Positions 28,737-38,844 of a DNA stretch of 64,000 nucleotides are shown one piece after another. This stretch comes from Patescibacteria group bacterium. Lineage in GTDB: Bacteria; Patescibacteriota; Microgenomatia; UBA12405. The position numbers and the translations under genes are program-made. The notes under the pieces were generated by a model. The model made no database searches, had not been told where the DNA came from, and was given only the letters and a program-made list of their open reading frames with translations. The stretch spans positions 5,357-69,356 of the forward strand of contig WARW01000022.1 in NCBI GenBank assembly GCA_013387215.1, written 5' to 3'. The stretch's first letter is position 1, and every line of letters starts with the position of its first letter.

Positions 28737-30224
28737 TTAAGAAAAGTCCTTTAATTTTTGAATATATTTAATTCCATAATTGGCCAAGAATTTTATATCG
28801 TAGATTGATCTTATGGATAATATTTTTCTTATAATAAATTCTGGATTAATAATACCTTTGAATAGACTTTGAACTAAATTAAATTGTTCTTGTGAAGTTA
28901 AAGATGTTTTAATAATCGGTTGCCGCATGTCATAATCATCCCAATCAGTGGTAAGAAGCAGATTATTGTCTTCACAATATTTAAAAAGCGGGGTGCCAGG
29001 ATATGGAATTACGATAGTGGCTTGCATACTATCGGCTAGACCTTTTTTAAAAATTTGTCTGGCTCTGTTTAATGTTTTTTCGATATCTTTTCTGGATTCC
29101 CAAGGATAGCCAATCATGATGGTAATGTGTGGTTCAAGGTGGGCATTTTTTACAAGCGTAAGAGTGTTGACTGCGTTTTTAACTAATTCGTTTTTGTTAA
29201 TTAAATCAAGAGTTTTTTGATTAGAAGACTCTAATCCATATAAAATAAATCTAAATCCAGCTTTTGACATTAGATTGTATTGTTCTTGATTAAGTGCACC
29301 AAAACGCATATTACAGCCTATTTTTACTTTTTTATTTAATCCTCTTTTAATTAATTCATCGCAAAGTTCTTTAAGCCAGGGACCGACTGGTAATGTGCCA
29401 GAATCATCAAATATTTCTTTTACATTAAAATTATTGACAAGGTTTTCAATCTCAGCGAGAGTATGTTTAACAGAAAAAGATCGAAAAGACTGTCCTGGAA
29501 AAATTGTAGTCCAAGAACAAAATGTACATTTACCCCACCAACAATCTCTTCCGGACATAATATAGGCACCAGGTTTATATTTGTAATTAGTATTGTTATA
29601 GGCGTAAAGATGCCACTTAGTTAGTTTTCGATCAATGATAGGCAGAACATCAAGATTGTGATGTTTTAATGAAAATTTACCAGAATTACAAATTTTATTT
29701 TTATCTCGATACCAAAAACCTGGTGCTAGTGGTTTTTTATTGTATAAATGATCAACTAAATTAGCCAACATAAAATCATAATCGCCACCTGTGAGTATGT
29801 AATCAACTGAAGAATATTTTAATGACTCTTCTGGCAGGGCGGTGACATGATCACCCATTAAAACTATTACGGGTTGAGATTTTTTAGAAAAATTAGCTTT
29901 AATATCTTTTATAATTTGCCAATGTTTTTTAACGACTGGAGTTTTTGTTTCTAAAACAATTATTTTAGGATTTTTATTTACTAATCTTTTAAGCCAAACA
30001 TTATATGAAATTTTTTCAGCAATGGCATCATCCCAAAATATTTTATAACCTTTTTTTTGAAGATATGTTGCAGCATATGCAGGAATAACTGGAAAAATTA
30101 CATTACCAGTGTTGGTCCATTGAAATTGGCGATTTTGAGTTAAAAAAGGTGTTCCTTTAGAGGAATCTAGTGGTGGATATGAAATAGATATTAATATTTT
30201 TTTTGTTGTCAATTTAGCCTCCAA
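28737..30224 (-). CDS. Cobalamin-binding radical SAM enzyme (HpnJ-like N-terminus, CX4CX2C motif)
   Basis: GDHVTALP, GRDCWWGKCTFC, FDDSGT, YGLESSNQ and PYPGTPL. Confidence 0.88.
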   Translation of the reverse strand: MEAKLTTKKILISISYPPLDSSKGTPFLTQNRQFQWTNTGNVIFPVIPAYAATYLQKKGYKIFWDDAIAEKISYNVWLKRLVNKNPKIIVLETKTPVVKKHWQIIKDIKANFSKKSQPVIVLMGDHVTALPEESLKYSSVDYILTGGDYDFMLANLVDHLYNKKPLAPGFWYRDKNKICNSGKFSLKHHNLDVLPIIDRKLTKWHLYAYNNTNYKYKPGAYIMSGRDCWWGKCTFCSWTTIFPGQSFRSFSVKHTLAEIENLVNNFNVKEIFDDSGTLPVGPWLKELCDELIKRGLNKKVKIGCNMRFGALNQEQYNLMSKAGFRFILYGLESSNQKTLDLINKNELVKNAVNTLTLVKNAHLEPHITIMIGYPWESRKDIEKTLNRARQIFKKGLADSMQATIVIPYPGTPLFKYCEDNNLLLTTDWDDYDMRQPIIKTSLTSQEQFNLVQSLFKGIINPEFIIRKILSIRSIYDIKFLANYGIKYIQKLKDFS

Positions 30225-31245
30225 TATATTTACCAGTCTTTTTGTTTACCTTGTGTGGTACAAACTGAATGTCTTTTTTTGATAATCCAATTATAAATAA
30301 AATACCATAATAAAAATGTGTTAGTGGAATAGTAATCGATGCTAATAAGGAAGTTTTGAGATTATATTTTTTGTATATAAAGCTAAAAAAAGTGATTGCT
30401 AATATTGATATATATAAAATTATTGGAATGTTATATAAAAAAATAAACCAATCGGTTTTTAAACTATTAATTAAATAAAATATATTGATAAAAATGAATG
30501 TGACGATATAAAACGTAAAAAAGCTGGGAATAAAATAACCAATTCTAAAACTGGTTTCAGGGAATTTTTTGGCAAAATACCCTCGATGAATGGCATATCT
30601 AGTTATTTGTTGAAGATGAGGAATAATGGCAGTACGACGATGATGATAGACGATAACTGACGGATCGTAAACAATTTCCTTTTTTAATTTTTTAGTTAAA
30701 TCTATGCAAAGTATTGTGTCTTCTCCTGGCCAATAGTGGTTATTGAAACCTCCTATTTTTTTAAAATCAGTTTTTTTGACAATTAAATTAACAGTTGGAT
30801 AATCATCAACTAAACGTTTACTTTTTATACTGTTTCTATATACGCCCGCGCCTCCACTTCCCAAGTAGCTTGACCAAACAAGCCCAGAGGCTTTTTGTTT
30901 GTAGTTATCTTTTGGAGGTGTAAGGCAAGGTCCGCATACTCCTACTGCTTTAGGGTTGTTTTCAAAAATAGTTAAAGCGTTTTCTAGCCATTTTTTGGAT
31001 GGAAATGAATCATCATCTAAAAATGCTAAATATCTACCTTTAGCTTTTTTGGCACCTAGATTTCTTTTAAAACTTGGCCCCATTTGATAAATAGTTGCTC
31101 CTAAATCAAGGGAAATCTGATCTGTAATAACTAGTATTTCATAAGAGTTTAAAGTCTGCTTTTTAATTTTTTTTAAAGTTTCACGCAAGTAGGGGTTTGA
31201 TGTTCTGACAGGAATAATGATGGAAAATAATGGGTTTTTCATCAT
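30214..31245 (-). CDS. Glycosyltransferase family 2 with C-terminal TM helices
   Basis: SIIIP, RNLGA, FLDDD, GGF and PGED. Confidence 0.92.
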   Translation of the reverse strand: MMKNPLFSIIIPVRTSNPYLRETLKKIKKQTLNSYEILVITDQISLDLGATIYQMGPSFKRNLGAKKAKGRYLAFLDDDSFPSKKWLENALTIFENNPKAVGVCGPCLTPPKDNYKQKASGLVWSSYLGSGGAGVYRNSIKSKRLVDDYPTVNLIVKKTDFKKIGGFNNHYWPGEDTILCIDLTKKLKKEIVYDPSVIVYHHRRTAIIPHLQQITRYAIHRGYFAKKFPETSFRIGYFIPSFFTFYIVTFIFINIFYLINSLKTDWFIFLYNIPIILYISILAITFFSFIYKKYNLKTSLLASITIPLTHFYYGILFIIGLSKKDIQFVPHKVNKKTGKYIGG

Positions 31246-31247
31246 TT

Positions 31248-32051
31248 TTATAAACCAGTATTAACTCTCATTTCTAAATCTGGATCGTAGACCCATTTTC
31301 GTTTATTTTTATCGTCATAATAACGTAGCAATCTTAAACGATAAAAAATCGCAAGAGCATCTATTAAACTTCTATAAATAGTATTTAGACCCGTAGCGTG
31401 AGTAAGACTATTGAAATCGTAAGTTAATTTTATTGGCGCTTCGTAAATATTTTTGAAGTTTAAATGTTTGGCAACTGATAAAATTTCTAGATCAATAGCA
31501 TAATTTTTAACCATTAATCGTGGCAATACTTTAACTAGGACTTGTTTTTTAAATATTTTTAAACCAGCTTGAGTATCTTTTACGTTTATTCCCAATAAAA
31601 ATCTGGCAATAATCCAAGCACCAAGACTGATGACTTTTCTTTGCAAAGGATAGTTTACTTTTGATGCAGGATGTCGTTTTGAGGCGACTATTATGTCGGC
31701 ATCATACCATTCCATGTGTTCTAGGACCATAGAAATACCATTAGGATCAATTTCCATACCAGAATCTATAAAAGCAATATAGTCGCCGTTTGTTTTGGCC
31801 ATACCATAACGAATTGCATAACCTTTGCCATGATTATTTTGATAACCAATTACTTTGAGTTTTTTAAGTTTTAATTTTTTAGCGTTAATGTATGATTTAT
31901 CAATTGTTATTCCATCAACCACTGCAATAATTTCATAATCATAACGTATTTGTTTTAAGGTGTTATTAATATTGAGAAGATCTTCAACAATTGTTTTTTC
32001 TTGTTTATATATGGGAATAATGACTGATAAAAAGTGAGATTTATTTTTCAT
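31248..32051 (-). CDS. GT2 polyprenyl/dolichyl-phosphate sugar synthase-like (ALG5/DPM1-like)
   Basis: SVIIPIY, NHGKGYAIRYG, FIDSG, ASKRHP.S and DTQAGLK. Likely start is MKNKSH at 32051 (track: 32132). Confidence 0.88.
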   Translation of the reverse strand: MKNKSHFLSVIIPIYKQEKTIVEDLLNINNTLKQIRYDYEIIAVVDGITIDKSYINAKKLKLKKLKVIGYQNNHGKGYAIRYGMAKTNGDYIAFIDSGMEIDPNGISMVLEHMEWYDADIIVASKRHPASKVNYPLQRKVISLGAWIIARFLLGINVKDTQAGLKIFKKQVLVKVLPRLMVKNYAIDLEILSVAKHLNFKNIYEAPIKLTYDFNSLTHATGLNTIYRSLIDALAIFYRLRLLRYYDDKNKRKWVYDPDLEMRVNTGL

Positions 32052-33111
32052 TAATAAGGGCCAAATTATAAACTGCCAAGGTTTGGAGAGCAGTAAATTT
32101 CCATTTAAATTGTTTTGACCTTTGCAACCCAAGTAACGAATATTTTTTTCTTAGTTCATCTTTATTCCATAGATCTTTTAGTGTTATTTCAATTTCTGGA
32201 AGCTTGTATGGGTTAAAAGATACAGCGGAACCATCGATGATTTCTGGAATGCAAGTTTTATTACTACAGGCAATTGGACAACCTGATTGCATAGCCTGAA
32301 CAAGTGGCAATCCAAATCCCTCAGCAAAAGATGGTTGACAGTAGATTGTCGCTAAATTGTAAAATAATGGCAGTTCATTATCTAGTACAAAGCCAGTTAA
32401 AATTAGTTTTTTTGATGTTTGTTGTTGAAGCCAAATTAAATCTTTGTTCCACGGGTGATTTTCAACATTTATTCTAGTAGCAGCTGAACCAACAATTACT
32501 AACGGATAATTTAGTTTCAAACAGGCTTTGACGAGATTAGGAATATTTTTATTCCAATTTATATCACCTACGTACAAGATAAATTTGTCAGGTAGGTTAT
32601 ACTTTTTTTTGACTAAATCCAATTGTTCTTTGTCTTTATATATTTTATATGTGGGATCGGCAGCTTCGTAGGTGACAAAAATTTTATTTGCAGGATATTT
32701 TATTAAATTTTGAATTATATATTTAGAATAATTTGAAACAGTAATAATAAAATCTGATTTTTTTAGTTTATTTTGTTGGAGGAACCATTTTAATTCACCT
32801 TTAATGCCAACTGGAAATTCTTTTTTAAATTCTCTTGGTATTAAATCATGAACCGTAACAATTGTAGGTATACTTTTTTTTGCAGGCAAGGTTAATTTAA
32901 AAGGATCAAAATATGGATAATGAATTAAATCGTAAGTATCATTAAGCTGATTTGAGCTCTCTATTAAATCAATTTGAAAATCTTTATAATCAGGATTTAT
33001 TTTTAATTCCTCTTTTAGAGACTTAACTAAATGATTAGTGTAGTGACCTACGCCTCGAACCGAATTGCCATCTGAAAGTGGTGAAATATCGATAGCGATT
33101 TTTTTAATCAT
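32041..33111 (-). CDS. Glycosyltransferase family 4 (MtfB/WbpY-like)
   Basis: RGVGHY, VTVHDLIP, KNIPNL and EGFGLPLVQAMQSGCP. Confidence 0.93.
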   Translation of the reverse strand: MIKKIAIDISPLSDGNSVRGVGHYTNHLVKSLKEELKINPDYKDFQIDLIESSNQLNDTYDLIHYPYFDPFKLTLPAKKSIPTIVTVHDLIPREFKKEFPVGIKGELKWFLQQNKLKKSDFIITVSNYSKYIIQNLIKYPANKIFVTYEAADPTYKIYKDKEQLDLVKKKYNLPDKFILYVGDINWNKNIPNLVKACLKLNYPLVIVGSAATRINVENHPWNKDLIWLQQQTSKKLILTGFVLDNELPLFYNLATIYCQPSFAEGFGLPLVQAMQSGCPIACSNKTCIPEIIDGSAVSFNPYKLPEIEITLKDLWNKDELRKKYSLLGLQRSKQFKWKFTALQTLAVYNLALINEK

Positions 33112-33938
33112 TATTTTTTATCCCAATCATTTAATAAATTGATTTGACGTTTTGTTTTTTCAAGTTCCCAATATTTGGTGTAAGTAATGGGAAAACGCAA
33201 ACTCGAATAAAAGGAGAAAACAAACCCAGGAAAGCCATCGTAAAATCCTTTATGCCTGAAATAAGTTGATAAAAACCAGTATAAAGGTTTGAATAAATAA
33301 TAATTCATAAAGTTAAAGAAACTTATTTTTGTTTTCTTTTGTTGAAGCTCTTGAGCTAGTAAAGTAGTATATCGATTGTGTCGTAATAGATAATGGGAAA
33401 AAGAAGTGTCAGCATAGTGTTCCAAATCATGTTTTAGCCAACCAACTGTGCCTTTAACTTCAGCTTGTTCGTGTACATCTTTGCATGGCAAGCGGCCGGT
33501 TCCATTTTTATAGAAACGAATCGTTGGATCAGGATACTGCCCACCTTTTTTTAGAAATGAACCGAGAAAATAATTTTTTCTTTTAATCCAAAACCCATTG
33601 TCTTTTATATCGATTGGAGATTTTTCTAAGATGGAAATTATTTCATTTTTCAATTCTTTTGTGACGATTTCATCGGCGTCAAGTTGAAGTATCCAATCAC
33701 TTTTACAGGCATCAATAGCCATATTTTTATTAATATGAAAAATCGGTTTATTAGTGGTTTTAATAATTTTTACTTTCTTATATTTAGAAGATAATTCAAT
33801 AGTTTTATCTTGAGAACTTCCATCGGCAATAACTACCTCATCCACCCAATCAATTACAGCATTGAGACATCTTTGAATATTATTTTCTTCGTTATAAGTA
33901 GCAATTGCAATTGAAATAGTAGCTTTTTTTACTGTCAT
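33111..33938 (-). CDS. Glycosyltransferase family 2 (WaaE/KdtX beta-1,4-glucosyltransferase-like)
   Basis: ATYNEE, WILQLDADE, YPD and VHE. Confidence 0.9.
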   Translation of the reverse strand: MTVKKATISIAIATYNEENNIQRCLNAVIDWVDEVVIADGSSQDKTIELSSKYKKVKIIKTTNKPIFHINKNMAIDACKSDWILQLDADEIVTKELKNEIISILEKSPIDIKDNGFWIKRKNYFLGSFLKKGGQYPDPTIRFYKNGTGRLPCKDVHEQAEVKGTVGWLKHDLEHYADTSFSHYLLRHNRYTTLLAQELQQKKTKISFFNFMNYYLFKPLYWFLSTYFRHKGFYDGFPGFVFSFYSSLRFPITYTKYWELEKTKRQINLLNDWDKK

Positions 33939-35563
33939 TGTTTTATATAAATATTAAATGCTGGTTGACCGTTCGGAAAATTGATTGTTTTTATTGGACT
34001 TGCACTTACTTGTTCATCACTAGCTACAACTAATGAATTAGAAGATATATTGTTCCAATCAATTTTTTCAAAGTTATATTTATCATAATGCCTAACGGTC
34101 GAAAAACCAAATTGATCAGGAGTAGATAGCTTTATTTCTTTTTGAATAAGTTCAGGCGGGTATTTTGAAAAAAATAAGAAGAGAATATAAGGTTGATCGT
34201 ATTTGTCGGTTATATAGACTTGATTAAAATTTGATTTATTTTGCTCAATATAAGGAACTAGTTGATCGAATCCATATTGCCAAGCAAATGGATATCTTTT
34301 GGCGTAATGTAGAAAATAAGAATCCAAATAAAATGCAATATTATATATATAAAATATGACTAAAATAGGCAATAAAATTGTTTTTAGTTTATATGTTTTA
34401 ATTATTTCTAAAAATTGATAAATACCTAATGACACTAAAACAGATAATGGAATAACCATTGGTAGAGCTCTTAAAGCTGATGGTGCTTGAAAAGTTAATG
34501 ATGAGGCAAGCGGAGCAATTAAAAGCCAAGAAAGAAATAATTTGGTAAAGTTTTTATTTTTAATTAATCTACTGTTTAAAATTATGACTATTCCTAGTAA
34601 TAAGAATGGAAGTTCAAGAATGTACAGCTGCCCCATTTCGGGTACTTTTGATCGGGGAACTTCATCACCGTTTATAAATAAGAAATTAGGATTAAAGTGA
34701 GAAGTATATTTTTCTCCCCATGAAATTAAGTACAAAACTCTTTTGTTGTGGATTATGCGATTAATAAGTTTTACATTGGCATGCTGATTTATTAATTCGT
34801 TGGCACGATTAATTGGACCTTGATCAGCGGTTATACCTACTCCTCCAAAACGAGCAGCCCCTCCACTGTGAAGAAAAGAAGTTAAAACTGGTATTGCTAA
34901 AATAGCGCCTAAGATTATTGGTAAAACAACCTGTGGTAATTTTGATTTGATGAAATTAAATTGAAAAACAAAAAGACTTAATGCTAAAACTGGGGCTACA
35001 ATGCGGACTGAATGATAAATATAGAGTGATAATACAAAAAAACAAATAAAAAGGCTGAAGTTTAATAAAAACCTTTTTTCAATTGACTTAAAGAAAAAGT
35101 AGGTTCCAATAACTAAAAAGGAAAGTGCAGATGATGATTCCCACCCTCCCCGACTAAAGTGTATATGCCATGGAGAGAAAGCTAAGACGGCAGCAGATAT
35201 TAGTGCCAATTTATTATTTTTACTTAATAGCAAAACTAATTTATAAAGGAAATATATTGTTAAAATCGAAAGAATTAAATTAGGCAATCGGACTGCGAGT
35301 GGTGTTAATCCAAGTAATTTAACAAAAGGCAGTACAAGATAAAAATAACCACCTGGTTTAAAATCACCAAAAGATTTGAAATGAAGTGGCCATGATACGC
35401 CATGTTCATCTTTTCCTGTTTGTATAAGTGAATATACGTTGTAACCAATAGCAGCTTCATCTGGATTTAAAGCAGGAGTAGTTCCAATTTGAAAAAAACG
35501 GATAGAAATTGCAGCAATTAAAATTAATATTAAAAGTATGTTTTTATGGATTTTCGTAAGCAT
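33935..35563 (-). CDS. GT-C ArnT/PMT-like (GT39/GT83) membrane glycosyltransferase
   Basis: LNPDEAAIGYNVYSLIQTGKDEHG, GDFKPG, AVRLP, SPWHIHFSR, WQYG and QPYI. Start is 35563 or 35581. Confidence 0.88.
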   Translation of the reverse strand: MLTKIHKNILLILILIAAISIRFFQIGTTPALNPDEAAIGYNVYSLIQTGKDEHGVSWPLHFKSFGDFKPGGYFYLVLPFVKLLGLTPLAVRLPNLILSILTIYFLYKLVLLLSKNNKLALISAAVLAFSPWHIHFSRGGWESSSALSFLVIGTYFFFKSIEKRFLLNFSLFICFFVLSLYIYHSVRIVAPVLALSLFVFQFNFIKSKLPQVVLPIILGAILAIPVLTSFLHSGGAARFGGVGITADQGPINRANELINQHANVKLINRIIHNKRVLYLISWGEKYTSHFNPNFLFINGDEVPRSKVPEMGQLYILELPFLLLGIVIILNSRLIKNKNFTKLFLSWLLIAPLASSLTFQAPSALRALPMVIPLSVLVSLGIYQFLEIIKTYKLKTILLPILVIFYIYNIAFYLDSYFLHYAKRYPFAWQYGFDQLVPYIEQNKSNFNQVYITDKYDQPYILFLFFSKYPPELIQKEIKLSTPDQFGFSTVRHYDKYNFEKIDWNNISSNSLVVASDEQVSASPIKTINFPNGQPAFNIYIKQ

Positions 35564-37187
35564 AGAAGGTTGAGATACCATTAATTGGACTTAAAGGAAT
35601 AAATTTTGAGAAATTTGGGGAAGTATTTAGATTTTGTCTTAGTATTTCATCATATGAAAAAATGCCCAAGGTGTGGGGAGTGTTTGCTACATATTGATAA
35701 TTAGTTGAACCAAATTTTATATTATCAATACTTTCAACTTTACCAGTATCCCCTGATGAATTTTCAGTTAGCTTAGCCTGTTTTTGATATTCTTGAGGAG
35801 GATATTCGGAGTAAAAAAGGTAGTAAATATATGGTTGTCCATAGAAATCTGTAAAAGCTATATTTTGAAATCTATCTTTATTTTTAATGACATAGTTTGC
35901 CGCTTCTTTATATCCAAATAAAACATCATTTGGTGACTTTTTGAGCATGTGATTTAAATATAAATCTGCGTAATAAGCAAAAGACAATAGATATATAAAA
36001 ATAATAAATGTATAGACAAATTTATTTTTAAATTTATTAAGAAAGAAAAAGATGCCAAGTGAAATAAAATAAACTAAAGGAATGGAAAATGACATCGATC
36101 TGACTGCTTGTATGGAATCACGAGTTAAGGATGCTGGAATTGGTGCTGCTAGTAACCAAAATAAAAAGAAATAATTAATAGGTTCTTTTTTGCTCATCGA
36201 AAGTGAACCAAAAATACCTAATACTAGAAAAATTAAACTTGGGTAAAGTAGTACGCCAATATATGGAGCAGAATTTCTTGGATCTTGCCAATCACCTTCG
36301 AAAATTAAAAATTTAGTAGAAAAATGATTGAAATATCGTAAAAGCGAATTTCTTAAAAAGAATTCTGGTTTACTATAGAATAAATCATAATCGAGTTGGT
36401 TGGTTTCATTAATTATCTCTTGGGTTTCGGTTTGATTTCTAGGATACGACAAAAGGCTTATGACGTTTAGTCGATTTGCATTACTATTAAAGAGTAAGCC
36501 ATAAGCAATAGGTATGGCTAAAAACCCTAGAGGTATGGCGAAATATAAAATTACTATTTTAAGATGTTTTGTAAATATATTTTTAAAATTAATTACAAAC
36601 AAAATAATTATCAATAAAAGACTAATCATTTTGCCGGCTTGATAGGTATATAGAGTTGAGGCAAAAACTAAAGAAGATAATGTTAAAAATATATTTTTCT
36701 TTTTGTTTATGTACTTAAAAAAGAACAATGCTGCTAAAACTAATTCAAAGGTTAAAATATTTGTTTCCCAAGCGGCTTTAGAAAAATGAATATTATACGG
36801 ATTAAATGTTAGTATTAATGCAGAAATTAAGGCAATTTTCTTTGATTTAGGACTAATTTCTTTTACAAGAAAGTAAAGAATTATTGGAGTTAATGATCCT
36901 AATAAGATAGACGGCAAGCGGACTGATAATGCACTTAAACCTAAAATTTTTATAAAAGGAATTGCTAAATAAACGTAAAGCCCAGGTTTGTAGTCGCCAA
37001 ATGATTTAAAGATTAAAGGTAAAAATTTTCCGTATTCATCTTTTGCGGTTTGTATGATTGAAAAGGCGTTGTATCCAAGAGATGCTTCGTCCCACAATAA
37101 AGTTGGATAATTATTGGCTTGATATATCCTGACAATAAAGGCAAGAATAAAAATAATTATTAAAAAGAATTTATTATTTTTGGCCAT
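35544..37187 (-). CDS. GT-C ArnT/PMT-like membrane glycosyltransferase
   Basis: LLWDEASLGYNAFSIIQTAKDEYG, GDYKPG, SVRLPS, NPYNIHFSK and GQPYIY. Confidence 0.88.
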   Translation of the reverse strand: MAKNNKFFLIIIFILAFIVRIYQANNYPTLLWDEASLGYNAFSIIQTAKDEYGKFLPLIFKSFGDYKPGLYVYLAIPFIKILGLSALSVRLPSILLGSLTPIILYFLVKEISPKSKKIALISALILTFNPYNIHFSKAAWETNILTFELVLAALFFFKYINKKKNIFLTLSSLVFASTLYTYQAGKMISLLLIIILFVINFKNIFTKHLKIVILYFAIPLGFLAIPIAYGLLFNSNANRLNVISLLSYPRNQTETQEIINETNQLDYDLFYSKPEFFLRNSLLRYFNHFSTKFLIFEGDWQDPRNSAPYIGVLLYPSLIFLVLGIFGSLSMSKKEPINYFFLFWLLAAPIPASLTRDSIQAVRSMSFSIPLVYFISLGIFFFLNKFKNKFVYTFIIFIYLLSFAYYADLYLNHMLKKSPNDVLFGYKEAANYVIKNKDRFQNIAFTDFYGQPYIYYLFYSEYPPQEYQKQAKLTENSSGDTGKVESIDNIKFGSTNYQYVANTPHTLGIFSYDEILRQNLNTSPNFSKFIPLSPINGISTFYAYENP

Positions 37188-38844
37188 ACAAATTTAAAAT
37201 GTCGAAAGCAGGTTTTTGATCTAAGAAATTGACAGTTTTAAGCATCTTAGTATTGCTTTGATTGTAATTGTTTGGAGATGTAATTAAAAGTATGTGTTGG
37301 CCAGCTTGAATATTTGCGATTGTGCTTTTAATTTCCCAATCGTTTACAAATCTAAATTTATCAAAAGCATCAACCCAATACCAGTCAGCATGAAAATCCC
37401 AGATCTTTTTTGGATCATTTTGATAGGAAGCTGGATTCCAAGGCCAATAGAATAAAACATATTCATGGGCTTCTCCATATTTTTTTGTAATAATGATCTG
37501 GTCGTATTCATTGTAATGATCTTTAGCATAGGAAATGGCTTCTTTATATCCATATTGCCAAGATTCAGAATACTTGGATGAATATTGAGTAAAATAATTA
37601 TTCATATAGTTGAAGGTTTGTATGCTTAGTGCCAAAAGTAGAAGTATAGAAAATATATATTTTGCTTTATTTTTCTTCAATATACTTATAAATAATACAA
37701 ATCCATAGGAAATAAATATTTGAGGCAGCGGGAGGATGGTCATGGCACGAATTATGGGAAAATCACCGGTAGTGATGACTGCTGGAGCAAGACCAAGAAC
37801 AAACCAACCAACAAGAAATAACGAAAGCTTGTTTTTACGAAAAATATCAATAATAAGAAAAATAATACCAGTATAGAAAAATGGTAAAAGAATTGGATAT
37901 AAAACTCCAGTATTGGGTATATTAAATTGATAATTTTGAGTGCTATTAAAAAATAGTATTTTAGGATTAAGGAAACCTAAATAATTTTTTGATACTTCAG
38001 TAACGAAATAAACTGGCTTGTTATATATTATTTTTCCTATTAATGGGCTACCTTTAAAATGATTTCGATTTTCATTAATTACATTTACAGAGGCTGGGTT
38101 TATTATAAAGACCCACCTACTCCTGGCTTTGGAACTGTTTCCAAACAGGTTTAATATTTGAGGTAATAAAAGTATAAAAAATATAATAAGTGATGTTGAA
38201 AAATAGATTTTATATTTTTTGAAAAATGCAAAAAATTGTTTGTAAAAGATGAAAGCAAATAATACTATGATTAGAGGTCCAGCAATTCTGGTGTTATGGT
38301 AGCCATAGGTTGATAATGCGAGACTAAATAATCCAGGAAGTAATAATTTAGGTTTATTTTTTAAAGCATAAAGAATTAATAAGATTCCCAGGGCAAAGAA
38401 AAATTGAGCAATTGTAGATTGGAAAACAGCTCTTGATGGGAACAAGGTCCAAGGTGAGACTGCGGTTAGAAGCATTAAAAGTAGAGCTGGTTTATTTTTC
38501 TTGAAAATTAGTTTTCCAAAATAAAAAGCAATAATTACTAAACCGAATCCAAGGATGGCTGATGGTAGTCTTATTGATGTTTCGTTTAACCCAAAAAAGT
38601 AGACGAAAGGTATGGTTAAATACATATTTAAAGTCGTAGGATAGTCACCATAAGCTCGGAAATTAAAAATGGGCCAACTGGTTCCCCATTGGTCTTTACC
38701 GGTATTTAAAAGGCTATAGGCATTGTACCCATGACTAATTTCGTCCCAGTTAAGGCTGACAGGATATTTATTAAGCTGCCAAAATCTTAAAAATATTGCG
38801 AAAAGAACAATAAATATAAATAATATTTTTTCAAGTTTATTCAT
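37174..38844 (-). CDS. GT-C ArnT/PMT-like membrane glycosyltransferase
   Basis: LNWDEISHGYNAYSLLNTGKDQWG, GDYP, SIRLPS, SPWTLFPSR and WQYGYKE. Confidence 0.88.
   Translation of the reverse strand: MNKLEKILFIFIVLFAIFLRFWQLNKYPVSLNWDEISHGYNAYSLLNTGKDQWGTSWPIFNFRAYGDYPTTLNMYLTIPFVYFFGLNETSIRLPSAILGFGLVIIAFYFGKLIFKKNKPALLLMLLTAVSPWTLFPSRAVFQSTIAQFFFALGILLILYALKNKPKLLLPGLFSLALSTYGYHNTRIAGPLIIVLFAFIFYKQFFAFFKKYKIYFSTSLIIFFILLLPQILNLFGNSSKARSRWVFIINPASVNVINENRNHFKGSPLIGKIIYNKPVYFVTEVSKNYLGFLNPKILFFNSTQNYQFNIPNTGVLYPILLPFFYTGIIFLIIDIFRKNKLSLFLVGWFVLGLAPAVITTGDFPIIRAMTILPLPQIFISYGFVLFISILKKNKAKYIFSILLLLALSIQTFNYMNNYFTQYSSKYSESWQYGYKEAISYAKDHYNEYDQIIITKKYGEAHEYVLFYWPWNPASYQNDPKKIWDFHADWYWVDAFDKFRFVNDWEIKSTIANIQAGQHILLITSPNNYNQSNTKMLKTVNFLDQKPAFDILNLYGQK

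Noticed and set aside
16439-30224. RiPP or hopanoid cluster suggested by multiple radical SAM genes
   Set aside because: No precursor peptide, peptidase, squalene-hopene cyclase or hpn genes; intergenic gaps are too short to hide a precursor.
25552-32132. Long N-terminal extensions given by the ORF track (26862, 32132; likewise 12463, 8995, 13560, 43603)
   Set aside because: They overlap neighbouring genes or run through the -10 box; downstream ATGs match the family N-termini better.
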